Below, piece after piece: positions 25,047 through 36,862 of a DNA stretch of 64,000 nt. The position numbers were made by a program, and so were the translations under genes. The DNA is from Felis catus (lineage: Eukaryota). The notes below the pieces were generated by a model, which saw only the letters and a program-made list of their open reading frames with translations, did not search any database and was not told where the DNA came from. The DNA is taken from positions 11,968,001 through 12,032,000 of the forward strand of contig NC_058369.1 in the NCBI RefSeq assembly GCF_018350175.1. Direction: 5' to 3'. Position 1 is the first letter of the stretch; each line of letters opens with the position of its first letter.

Positions 25047-27670
25047 GTGAGAGCCCGCGCCCCGCGCCCCCCGGCCCAGCGCGCGCTCCTTTCTCCCCTT
25101 CTCCCCGCGCCGCCCGCTTCCCGCGCTCCCCGGTCCTCCCCCCCTCCCCCACACCAGCCCGCCTTCGCGCCCTCCGGCCTGGCCGCTCCGGGATCGTGGG
25201 CCCGCACCCCCACCCCCCTCCCCGGGCGACCTGCTGAGACCCCCTTCCTCCGCGGTCGTCCGGCCCGGGCCTGGGGCGGGGGAGGGGGCGCCGCCTCCGG
25301 ATCGGGCGTGGCTGGCCCGGCGAGTAATAGGGGGATGGGGCCGGGGAGGATGCGCGATCCCGGAGTGGGGAGGGGATGGGGGGGGGCGCCGCGCTGCCAT
25401 CTGACTCCGGGCTGGCGCCGGGGTCCCGGGTAGGGGGTGGGGTGGGGGGACCGGCGACTGGACCCAGGAGCGGGAAGTGAGAGTGGAAACATTGAGCTTC
25501 CATTGTCTGGGGTTGGACTGGCCGACACGGACTCGGGGGAGGGGGGGGTGAGGGGCCGTCGCACTTTCTCCCTTCTTACGCGGCTTCCCGGCTCCAGCTG
25601 AACTTTCCCAGCTGTTCCCAGGGGCGCGGCGACGACGTGTCGGCTCCTGGCGGGGGGCGGAAGTTCAGCCCAGAGCCGCCGGCCTTTCCCTCCCCAGCTG
25701 GTCCCTGCGGGAACGGCCGCCGAGCGACGGCCGCGGGACCCCGCCTTCCCAAAGGATCCTAGGAATGTTAGCTCGGGGCCCTGGACCCGAGACGGTTTTG
25801 TGAGCCTTCGCTCCACGCTGCGGGGCCGGAGACAGATAATGGGGCAGAACGAGGAGGCGCCCTCTTCGCCCTCTCGGCTTCCTCTGACCGCCCCTCGGGG
25901 CAGGACAGATGGTGGCAACTCCTGGGGCTGGGGAGAGATCTGGATTCTAACGCCGTCAAGTACTTAACCGCTAGGAACGCGTCTCCCCATCTGTAAAGCA
26001 GCGGGGACAGTACCGACCCCCTAGGAGAGCTGGGAGGGTCCCAGGAGTACAACCTCCCTGCAGAGCACCCGGCGCCGAGTAGGTGCCCAGTTCCTGGGCT
26101 TATTTTTCCCCTCCCTGTAACCTCAGAAGAGCCCACAGTCTGATGGAGGTGAGGGGTACAAACAGGGCTGGTTAGCCTACCCGAGGGGTTCAGTGTTCTG
26201 TTGTGGGAGCATCACAGGGAAGCCGCCGCTCGGTGGGGTAGGCTTCAAAATGGAAGCTGAGCATTATTCTAGAATAAGGCTTTGCTGGGAAGAGGGACTT
26301 AGGGTGTGCAAAAAAGTTGGAGAGGGCCCAGGGCCCCTGAAAGCTGGAGTGTTGAGAGGAAGGGTGAGGACCCCAGAAGTGGAAAAGGTGTCATGTGTAT
26401 TGTCAAGGCTGGAGGCGAGCCCCAGGCGGCTTCAGTGTTGGCCTGAGTGGAGGTGTTTAATCCTGTAAGTTGCTCTGGCGTGAAGAGGCCTCAGAAACCT
26501 GGTGCAAGCCTCAAACAGTAGCTGGTTTGGCCTCTTTCACACAAGGAACCGGCATAACCCTCCCTCTGATCTCATCCCAAGTCATCTCGCTGGAGGACGA
26601 TTACTTCTGCTTAAAAATGGCCCTCAGCCTCGAGCCAAGACATAGGAGGAGGACAGTCCAGTTGGGAGGAAAGATGTTTTTGGAAAGTTGTGGACTTCTT
26701 AAAAAGTTTGCTTTTCAGAGCATGCGCCTCTTGGTCAGGATGGGGAAGTCTGAAGAAAAGTTCCTGGGCAAAGGAACTGAGCCCAGAGAAGGGAAGAAAA
26801 ACCCAAAAACACACAACAAAAAACCTTTCTCAGTCTCTTGTGGAGAAAACCAAGAGCCGGCGTGTGGCAGACTTCTGGGTCTCCTCCCGACAGCTGGTTT
26901 CGTTTAGATTTTTGTGTGATTAACCGACATCTTCCTGTTCCTTTGCCACATGTATCTAGCAAGCCTCTTTTACCTTATAAGGGAAATCCTTTGTAGAGTG
27001 TAGAAGCTTTGATTGCAGGAAGGGGTGGAGCCCAAAATGACTAGCAGTGACTAGCAGTTTTTCAAAAATACATATATATGTATGGATGTATATCCTCCTA
27101 TGTATCAGCGTTCTTTCAATTCCAGGCGGTTGAAAGTGTGCCTAAAGCATGGTTATCAGGACTCAGAATTCCCCACGTAAAGAAAGCCTCGCTTTTATTT
27201 TTTTGAAGACAATTCATGAGTCAGGCACCTTTGTTTGATGTTAAAAAGCAATTCCTTGATTGCTGGCGGGGATGGGGTTTCTTTTGGGGGAGGGGTGATG
27301 AGAATGTGCTGGAATTAGGTAGTGGTGCTGATGATGAGGTTTTGCTAATGTGCTAAAAAACTGTTGGGGGAAAAAAAAATCAATTCCTGCCCTGTTGCTG
27401 AAGGAGTTAAAGAATCATGTCATCAGAAAGAATAAAAGGCACCCAGTCATTGGAAGGGGTGGGTGAGTTTCTTAAAATAGTTCATCGGTGGTTTTAACAG
27501 AGGAAGTTGCGATCAGAGACACCTGTGGGAGTTTTCTCTCCATCTGCTGCTAAGACTCTGGAGCTGAGAAAAGTTTCCTGATTCTCTGTGTTTTTCAGCA
27601 TCTCTGGCCTCATTCTTTTACTCCATTTTTTTTTTTTTTTTTTTGCTGTATAAATTCAGGGGGCAGTGGC

Positions 27671-27930
27671 GGGGGAGCCTGGGTGGCTCAGTCGGTTGAG
27701 CGTCCAACTTCAGCTCAGTTCCCGATCTCGCAGTTCGTGGGTTCGAGCCCCGCGTCAGGCTCTGTGCTGACAGCTCCCAGCCTGGAGCCCGCTTCGGATT
27801 CTGCCTCCCTCTCACTCTCTGCCCCTCCCCTGCTCGCGCTCTGTCTCTCTTTCAAAAATAAACATTAAAAAAATTACTAATAAAATAAAACCAAATCTAG
27901 CACAAACTGATAGAAAAATTTTTTTAAAAA
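27671..27930 (+). mobile_element. Can-SINE
   Basis: Head gcctgggtggctcagtcggttgagcg, A-rich tail. Confidence 0.9.
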
Positions 27931-28240
27931 TTCAGAGGGAAGGCAGTGGTTTCCTGCTACTTTTTATGGATTTCCCCATTCAGAGATTATTTGTCGTGAT
28001 ATGAAGAAGCCAGTGTAGCTTAACACGTCTTCCCTCAGTTGAGTCAAATCTCACCAGCTCTTTAGTATTTCTTCCTGAGGGTGGCTCGCCTCGAAGCCCC
28101 AGAGGACTCGGGTTTAACAAGGGAAGATCTTGCGGGGGGCTGGGGTTCGTGAGACCATTTCTCACCAGTTCTGTGACATTGAACAGAATCACTTCACCTA
28201 ACTGAACCTCTCAGTTTCCCCACCGTAAAATGCTGGAGGA

Positions 28241-28447
28241 TTTTTTTTTTTTTAAGTTATTTACTTTTGAGAGAGACAGTGAGAGAGAGTAAGGAAGGGG
28301 CAGAGAGAGAGGGAGAGAGAGAATCCCAAAGCTCTCACTGACAGCGCGGAGCCCAACGTGGGGCTCGAACCCACGAACCGTGTGATCGTGACCTGAGCAG
28401 AGATCGAGAGTCAGACACTTAACCGGCTGAGCCACCCAGGTGGCCCT
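28241..28447 (-). mobile_element. Can-SINE
   Basis: Poly(T), (GA)n, reverse head gagccacccagg. Confidence 0.9.
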
Positions 28448-28955
28448 ATAACACTAGAGGATTAAGTGAGGTGAAATCATGGCGGTAAGAGCTGTCCTTT
28501 TGTGGGACTTCCTACATGCCGGGTAGAGTCACTGCCACACCCTTCAGTTATGGGTCTTCATGGTGCCGGGACCAGGGTGGGGGTGGTTCAGAGCAGTGAA
28601 GCAACCTGCCCGATGCCACATGGCTACGCATCGGCGGAATGGGGATTCTGACCTAGCACTTTCTGAGCCTGGAGTTTCTGCTTTTATGTATGCCACCATT
28701 TTCCCTTCCTTGTAGGTAAAAAGAAATACCTTGAAAAGCCAGTATTCCTGTTCAGACATCCCTCTCGTGCCTGTAACCAACTTTTCTTTCCTTCCTTCCT
28801 TAACATCTGTCTGTCCCGTCATCTCTGGGCCAGACTTCGTTCAAGGTGGTGTTTGGGCCCTGCTGCCCTCCTCCCTCACGTTGTGTGGCCAACATTTAAC
28901 TGAAGCTTCCATATACTTGCATTTATCCTGCGGTGGAGGTGACTGGGAGTGGAGC

Positions 28956-29172
28956 TTTTTATTTTACTTATTTATGTATTATTTTTAAAGTTTATTTATT
29001 TATTTGGAGAGAAAGAACACGCATGGAAGGGGCAGAGAGGGGGAGAGAGAGAGCCCCAAGCCGGCTTCAGTCCACCAGCAGGGAGCCAGACGTGGGGCTC
29101 TAACTCACCAACCGTGAGATCATGACCTGGGCCGAAGTCAGCTGCTTACTGGACTGAGCCATCCAGGTGCCC
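28956..29172 (-). mobile_element. Can-SINE
   Basis: T-rich tail, reverse body; ggagcttttt on both sides. Confidence 0.88.
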
Positions 29173-29555
29173 CCCCGCCACCCCCGGAGCTTTTTATGGG
29201 ACAGGGTGGAGCCAGGGCACCGGTGGCCTTACTGTCTAGGCATCCCAGAGAGGCCAGCACCGTCTTCTCACCTCCTGTGGTATATACTCTTCTCTCTTCC
29301 GTGTTGACTTGGCTGCCCGACCCGTCCTGGGATGCACACCTTTGTCACCGAGCGGTGGAAATTCCCGAACATTTTCAGGGAAGATCATACAGAAATCTCC
29401 AGATGGGAGCGTGAATCCCTTAACCGCCTGCACTCCCGGGTGGGCTTTGTCAGGGGAGGCGTGGTAACCGAGGGACGAGTGCCGTGTGCACTGGGGACTC
29501 CTGGTGCCGTCTGGCCTTTTCCTTCTTAACCCAGCTGCGCCTCTCATCTTCCCAG

Positions 29556-29689
29556 GCCGAAGGGGATGTGGCCGCTCTCAATCGACGCATCCAGCTTGTT
29601 GAGGAGGAGCTGGACAGGGCTCAGGAGCGACTGGCTACAGCCCTGCAGAAGCTGGAGGAGGCAGAAAAGGCCGCGGATGAGAGCGAGAG
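29556..29689 (+). CDS. TPM4: TPM4 exon 3
   Basis: [44 protein letters not shown](R); 134 nt; cag|GCC, AG|gtgagg. Confidence 0.98.
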
Positions 29690-31284
29690 GTGAGGATGCT
29701 TCCAGCCTGGCAGCTTCGGCATTGGCTTCTCGGAAGCGGGGACTGTGCCGCGGGGCTGACCTCCCAGAGCCGGGGTGAGACCGAATGCGGGTGGTGTGGA
29801 CGCGCGTGCACACACAGACCATGCACGGCAGCGCCTTGTCAACTGCCACGCCGCGTAGGGGCGTTTGTCGTCCTGGTGGTTGTGAAGGAAACTCCCGCTA
29901 GAGAAAATTTTAAAAATGGGTAGATGTAAGACTTGCACGTAGGACTGTCACCGGAGACCGGTGCGCAGAGTGCCGCTTCGTGTGTCCTCTGAAAGCCACC
30001 GTGCATCTCATCTCGCTGGTCACCTCCAGATATCAAGTTCCGGGGGGGATGGGGGGCGGGGCGGGCCACCCTCGAAATGGGCCGTGTGCATGGATGCTGG
30101 TTAACCGTGCTGCCAGGCAGGCTTCAGGCTGCTGGGCAGTGACAACTGTACGTCAGGGACGCATGCAAACCACCTCTGTGGCATGCATTCGGGGCTCTGG
30201 CGGGATGCTCTTTCCTCCGGAGCAGGCAAACTCTGCACGCCTCGGCGCGGCCTCTGGAGGACTGAGGGCAGATTGTGTAATTCACAGAAGCAGCCATCTC
30301 TGCGCGGTGGAAAATGGGTCCCTTGTGCGGTGATGGTGTGGGCCGGGCCAGTGGTCATTCTGTATCTGCCACACGATCGCAGCAGGGTTCTCGTTTGGCC
30401 GGTCCACAGTGGTTTCCTGGTATAAACCCCTCCAGGGGATTCGTTTTGGATGGTGCTGTTGTGGCCCATACACCGGAGATTAGAAACTACTTGGGGAGTC
30501 TTGGAAATTGACTCTGCCGGTGGCCCAGATGGGAACTTTGGGCATGCTCGAGGAGGCTGTGCTGCGGCCGCCAGGAAGGGTGAAGGGCCCGGCCATAAGT
30601 TGCTCGGGGCTGTGCTTGGGGCCTGGGTTAGCCGCTGCCCGCGTTCACGGTCAGACCAGCCTGGCCAGATGTCTCCCTTCCAGGAGTTGACCAAACCCAC
30701 CTACTTGTGTCATGTCACCAGAGGCCTTTGGTGACCCCCTTGTTGGAGACGGCTAGTTTTGATAGAATTCTGTACGTGGGAATTGGAGGGTCTAGATTCC
30801 AGTCCTTCCACAGCCACGTACTAATTGTTGGGCAAGCCACTTTGATCTCTCCAGAGCTGCAAAGGTTTTCCAAGTCTGCCCGTCCACGGAGGTTAAGGCT
30901 CTGTACAGACGGGAAGGGCGTTTTGAGGAATGGGAGCGACAGCCCGAATGGAAATATTTATTAAACAGCAAGACATATACGGTCCTCCACTCTGGGCAGG
31001 CATGATGCGCATCAATACGTTGTCCTGGGTTGGCCTCTTTCGGGGTATCTGAGCTTCCCTAGTGCGCTCCGAGCAGTGCGGGCCAGAGTGAGCTCGTTTC
31101 CTGGTAAGCCAGCTGCATTGCAGATTTCCAGCTGTCCCCGGGACACTGTCCTTTCCAAATTAGACGCATCCACTTCCGATCGGGCCGTCCTCACCCCTCA
31201 CCTTGTTGGTACCTGCCTCTTACCTGGTCTTCCCGTTCCTCTTTCTGGCTTCCATTCACTCCTGCTTTTGAAATGCTCCTGGGA

Positions 31285-31514
31285 GGGGCGCCTGGGTGGT
31301 GCAGTCGGTTAAGCGTCCGACTTCAGCCAGGTCACGATCTCGCGGTCAGTGAGTTCGAGCCCCGCGTCGGGCTCTGGGCTGATGGCTCAGAGCCTGGAGC
31401 CTGTTTCCGATTCTGTGTCTCCCTCTCTCTCTGCCCCTCCCCCGTTCATGCTCTGTCTCTCTCTGTCCCAAAAATAAATAAACGTTGAAAAAAAAAATTA
31501 AAAAAAAAAAAAAG
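31285..31514 (+). mobile_element. Young feline-type Can-SINE with TSD
   Basis: CpGs intact, long A tail; gaaa(t/c)gctcctggg at 31270 and 31514. Confidence 0.93.
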
Positions 31515-31950
31515 AAACGCTCCTGGGGTTCCCCTGTGTTCTCTTTTGGAAAGCCTCCCAGGACACACACACACCTCCTCCCCCAGTGCAGCAGAACTCA
31601 TCATTCTCACAGCCGCGCTGGCCCAGACCCCACATCCCATTGTGGTAACCGTTGGCGTGTCCGCGCTTCTTGTTACTAGTCGGTGAGGGGCCGTAGAGGA
31701 TGGGAGCTGGGACCCTGGAGCCAGATCACCAGGGTTTGAGTCCCGGCCCTGCCACTTACTAGCTACGCAGCCTTGAGCAGGTTACTTGGCCTCCCTGTGG
31801 CTCTGTTTCTTCCTCTGCAAAGTGGGGGATGAGGTTCCTGCCTCTTGGGGCAGTTGTGAAGGTGAAGGCCAAAGTGAAGTGAAGAACACCTCTGCAATCT
31901 TCTGTGCGGAGCACAGGTTCTTGGTGGGCGTCAGAGAGGTGCTTGGATGA

Positions 31951-32307
<357 letters not shown>

Positions 32308-32581
32308 TAGGGAGACCCACTGGTCAGATCACGTTTTGTCCCGCAGCCGGGTGCTTTGGCACGGTTTGGCTGACATTGGGAATCCTGTGGGTCTGGGGAC
32401 CTTGAAAGTTCTGTTGCTCTCCTGCTGGCCTCCGTGGTCTGCTTCCCTTCCTGCCTGCCTCCCTCCAGGGCCAGAGTCTTCACAGATGGTCTGGGGAGGG
32501 GCTTCACCGTCTGCAAGCGGGGAGGGGGGCATCCTCCTAGACGCGGTTGTTGGGGTCCCAGTTGGTCCTTTCTGTCCGCAG

Positions 32582-32652
32582 GTGGCTCGTAAATTGGTCA
32601 TCCTGGAGGGCGAGCTGGAGAGGGCGGAGGAGCGTGCAGAGGTGTCCGAACT
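32582..32652 (+). CDS. TPM4: TPM4 exon 5
   Basis: VARKLVILEGELERAEERAEVSE(L); 71 nt; cag|GTG, CT|gtgagt. Confidence 0.98.
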
Positions 32653-33563
32653 GTGAGTGGCAGAGCGGGACTGAGAGGGACGGAGCGGGAGGGAGTTGGT
32701 TGCGCTGGGAATTGACTCCGACTTGGTAAGGCCAGTGCTCAAGCCAAGTGGAGGGGCATCTGGGACTCAGAGCTCAGCCCCTGCTCCTTGTCCCCATGGC
32801 TGACAGGGTGTCTGTTCTTACTGCCCTGGGAAGCGCTTGCCTACGTGTTGACTCTTCCCACAAAGGTATTGGGAAATAGGAGTGAGACAGGCAGGAGCAG
32901 AGAGGCCGGGAAGTCCTATTTTCCCAGAGAGGATGATCTCAGGAAGCTGTGCCTTCTTAAGAGAACATTTGCCTCTGAAAGGCAGGCTTCCCTGTCGTGT
33001 TTCACTGCCTTGTTCCTGATGTCATTGTTTGGCTGGGACACATTCCTGGGGGAGGAAAGGTGAGAAGCTTGACCACAGTCACGCAAGCTCTGGGGGAACA
33101 AGAATGTCTCCCCTTGGTCTTGGGTGAGGAATCCAGCTCCATGGAGCATCCCGCCGCGCTGAGAGAGGGGAATCCGGCGGATCCGTTCTTGAGCCTGCCT
33201 CCCGGAGGGTCGGGTGCCAACCGATTGCTCTCTCCTCCCGTGCTCCATGGCATTGTTGCACCTTCTGGAGTCAGCCTCATAATTCACAGATTTCACAAGT
33301 CCCAGTTGCCTCACCCCTGGCGAGAGCCCAGGAGTGCTTTACAAACCTTCCAAATACTCCTCGGCCTGCTGTGCCCTTGCCAGGCACGACAGGGTTTTGA
33401 TAAGTGCACGGCACTCCGGCTCAGAAAAAGCCATTAACATTTTTCCCCCGCATTCCTTCTGGGGGCCCTAGGCAGCGGGGATTCCTCCTTTTTGAAAACC
33501 TTGAGGGGAATTGCCTGCTACGAGGGTGGATAGGGCGCCAGATTCCTTTGTCTCTCTGCACAG

Positions 33564-33639
33564 AAAATGTGGTGACCTGGAAGAAGAACTCAAGAACGTC
33601 ACGAACAATCTGAAATCACTCGAGGCTGCCTCTGAGAAG
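33564..33639 (+). CDS. TPM4: TPM4 exon 6b
   Basis: KCGDLEEELKNVTNNLKSLEAASEK; 76 nt; cag|A, AAG|gttggt. Confidence 0.97.
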
Positions 33640-33800
33640 GTTGGTGGCTGGCTTGAGTTGGTGATTTGTTGGACTTTCTTTTCTTCCCCCCCCAGGAACA
33701 CGGGAGCATGCCCAGGGTCTCAGGGATCTGACCTGTGTTTGCTAACAGTAGCTTTGCCGCCCAGCCACAAGGTTTTTCCCTCCATAAAAAGAGATGTCCA

Positions 33801-34019
33801 GGGGCGCCTGGGTGGCGCAGTTGGTTAAGCGTCCAACTTCAGCCAGGTCACGATCTCGCGGTCCGGGAGTTCGAGCCCCGCGTCAGGCTCTGGGCTGATG
33901 GCTCAGAGCCTAGAGCCTGTTTCCGATTCTGTGTGTCCCTCTCTCTCTGCCCCTCCCCCGTTCATGCTCTGTCTCTCTCTGTCCCAAAAATAAATAAACG
34001 TTGAAAAAAAAAAAAAAAA
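33801..34019 (+). mobile_element. Young feline-type Can-SINE with TSD
   Basis: aaaaagagatgtcca at 33786-33800 and 34015-34029; nearly identical to the 31285 copy. Confidence 0.93.
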
Positions 34020-35364
34020 GAGATGTCCAGTGGCCAGACTCCTTCTTCGGTGGGGTCTTGGTGCCATCTTCGTCCCCACCTTCTACAAAGGTGGAGATGG
34101 AATATGAGATTGGTACCTGGTCAGGCACTTCCTAGGGAGAGCTGAGCATAATTGTATAAATACAGAGCCTCACTCTCAAACGATTCCCCTGGATCCCCCA
34201 GAAATACACTCTAACAGGTCAAGCAGCAGATACGAGAGGTGGAATTGGGCTTTTTAGGCTGAAATAGTATCCAAAGCAGTCATTACCGGAGAGAACCGCA
34301 TCAGGAACAATGAACACACCCCTCCGTGGCCTGCCCTGTGAATTCCCCATCTTTATTTCTTCCTCACCCTACCCCCCGCCCCCCGCACCCCAGGCCCTCC
34401 AGTTGCACTGAACATCTAGGTTAGGGGTTTCTTGGCTGTATAGCCCCGCCTACTTCTTTTCCTATCCTGTGGTTCATCGTGTTGGTCATAATTAACTCAA
34501 TTAACGATATGCCTTCCTTGCCAGATTGTAAGTTTTAAGGACCGGGAGTATATCTGTCTTGTTTAGCGCCGTGTCATTAGTACTAACATGGATACTAAGA
34601 TATTTGATGAGCAAATGTAGCTTATGTGTGCGTGCCAAATGCTGTCCTGGGCCATGGGGATAGATGTAACAGCGATGATACGGCTTCTGCTCCTCAAGGG
34701 CTCAGAGTCTAGTTGGGTTGAAGAGACTGGCCCTGTAATACAATGCTTGAAGACTCCAACAGAGGGACCTTGGAAAGTTGGGAAATGTGTTACAAGCAGG
34801 TGACGTGTCAAAGGGCTATAAAGCATGATGATTGCCAGGAGCTCAGATTCCAGAGTCAGGTTCCAGTCATGGCCTGGTCACTTCCTAGCCATGTGACCCT
34901 AGACAAACTACTTAACCTCTCTGTGACTCCTTACTCATCTGTAAAATGGGACCGGGGATATCTGGCAACGGAGCAAGCAGCTATAAAGGTTAGCTAGTGC
35001 TGATCTGAGTTGAACGTGGCGAAACAAAAATAATTTCTGACATGTAGTGATGGGGAAAGGAGCATTCTGTGCTGGGGCAGGGGGCGATCTCAGGCCTGAG
35101 GCTGGGAGACCAGAGAGTGCGCAGGTTCCATCCCAGAGGGCTCCCCTACAGATGTGCCCCTCAGTTTTGTGCCCATCTCTTCTGCCCGGAAAGGTGCTGC
35201 TGTGTCCACTCGGCCTCCTAGGCGTGTTCGTGGCGCTTCAAGCACATGCTTTTCTCTGAGGAGCAGAGAACCTACATTCTTTTCTTTTTTTTTTTCTGTT
35301 TTCTTTCTTTCTTTCTTTTTTGGTCCCCCCCTTTTTTAAAGTACCGCTTTGGTTTCTCCCGCAG

Positions 35365-35427
35365 TATTCTGAAAAGGAGGATAAATACGAAGAAGAAATT
35401 AAACTTTTGTCCGACAAACTGAAAGAG
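35365..35427 (+). CDS. TPM4: TPM4 exon 7
   Basis: YSEKEDKYEEEIKLLSDKLKE; 63 nt; cag|TAT, GAG|gtgagt. Confidence 0.98.
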
Positions 35428-35512
35428 GTGAGTGTGACCGTACCCGGCTAGTTCAAGTTTCTCTTGCGGCTGGTCTCGAAGCCATCGTAGTGACTCCTTT
35501 CTTTTCCTCCAG

Positions 35513-35582
35513 GCTGAGACCCGTGCTGAATTTGCAGAGAGAACGGTTGCAAAACTGGAAAAGACGATTGATGACCTGGAAG
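35513..35582 (+). CDS. TPM4: TPM4 exon 8
   Basis: AETRAEFAERTVAKLEKTIDDLE + G; 70 nt; follows an 85-nt intron; G|gtatga. Confidence 0.98.
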
Positions 35583-36454
35583 GTATGACACTGCCATCTC
35601 ATTGCATTTTTTTTCTGCCTCCCCCTGCAGGACAATCTCCTGGCAAGTGGGAGGAGTCTCTGGAGGGGCTGAGCTGGGCTTTGTTCCTCTTAGGAAAGTG
35701 AAGTGCAGGGTGAGGGCACAGCAGGAGGTCAGAAGCACGGGACAGGACCGTGCAAGTCAAATTCAGACTTGGGTCGCCACTTCTCAAGAAGTAAAAGATC
35801 TCATGCTTAATTAGCTCCACATGTGAATACGGAGGCCCAAATATGGCTGATTTTAAAAGTCTTCAGAATTTCCTTCAATTTGCTCATTCCTGAGAGACGC
35901 CTTGCATTTTTAAAATGCCTTACATTTTTACAGAAGCTCTCTCCCAGAGCGCTCAAGAGTTTATCACAGTATGAGAAAATGGAAGCATAGAGAATGTAGA
36001 GACTGAATAAAGACTCCAGTCTGCAAGTCTGGTGCCCACATATCCCAGAATTTCTTGAAGAGTTCCAACTTAAAAAAAAAAACAAAATTCTGTCCCGCAT
36101 TCTTCATAAAATAACCAGGAGATTCCAGAATCTTGGGATTCAAACATCTCCTAAAACCATCTGTCCCACCCAGAAAGGGTACAGAACTTATTCCCCAGAC
36201 TGTGTGTCCAGTGTTTGGTTTGGGAGGTGAGGTTTCCATATAAGGGAAAATCCCCCTGTTCCAAAGTATATATAACCTTTGGACTGGGTGACATCACTGA
36301 AAGTCAGAAATAACCTGGGGCGGGAGGTTGGGGCTAGACGCTGTGTTCATTTCTAGTCTCCATTCTTTCAAAGGTTCATTATAGCTAATCCCCTGCAGGG
36401 CCCCAAACCACTTGGAAACCTCTCCGCTGATCTTTTGTTTTCTCATGTGTTTGA

Positions 36455-36691
<237 letters not shown>

Positions 36692-36856
36692 GAGGGAGCT
36701 GGGGTGCCGCCCTCTGTCCTAGCAATCCTGAAGTTTGCCTTCTCACTGTGGTGCCTACAGTCCCGTGGGCTTCTCGAAGCTCCAGTGGTCTGCCTCCTGG
36801 TTTGGTCTTTCAAGCCTTCCTCTGCTGTGTCTGTGACTGTGTGACTGTGTGACTGA

Positions 36857-36862
36857 AATAAA
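36857..36862 (+). terminator. TPM4: Poly(A) signal for exon 9a
   Basis: AATAAA 165 nt after the 9a stop; pyrimidine-rich sequence downstream. Confidence 0.7.

Larger units (their letters stand above)
24280..25900 (+). promoter_or_regulatory. TPM4: CpG island and internal (exon 1b) promoter of TPM4
   Basis: Very high GC/CpG; near-CArG CCAAATAAGT 24636-24645, E-box CAGCTG 24668-24673, two CRE-like sites 24687-24694 and 24714-24721, GC boxes. Confidence 0.85.

Noticed and set aside
24055..25918. Several 180-408-aa ORFs on both strands
   Set aside because: Stop-codon depletion in a CpG island plus the GGA repeat; low-complexity P/G/R/A content; the real coding parts are exons 2b and 1b
32653..33563. 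Searched for a tropomyosin exon 6a remnant (and exon 2a in 18945-24343)
   Set aside because: No heptad-like frame with matching splice phases recognised by eye; consistent with TPM4 lacking these exons
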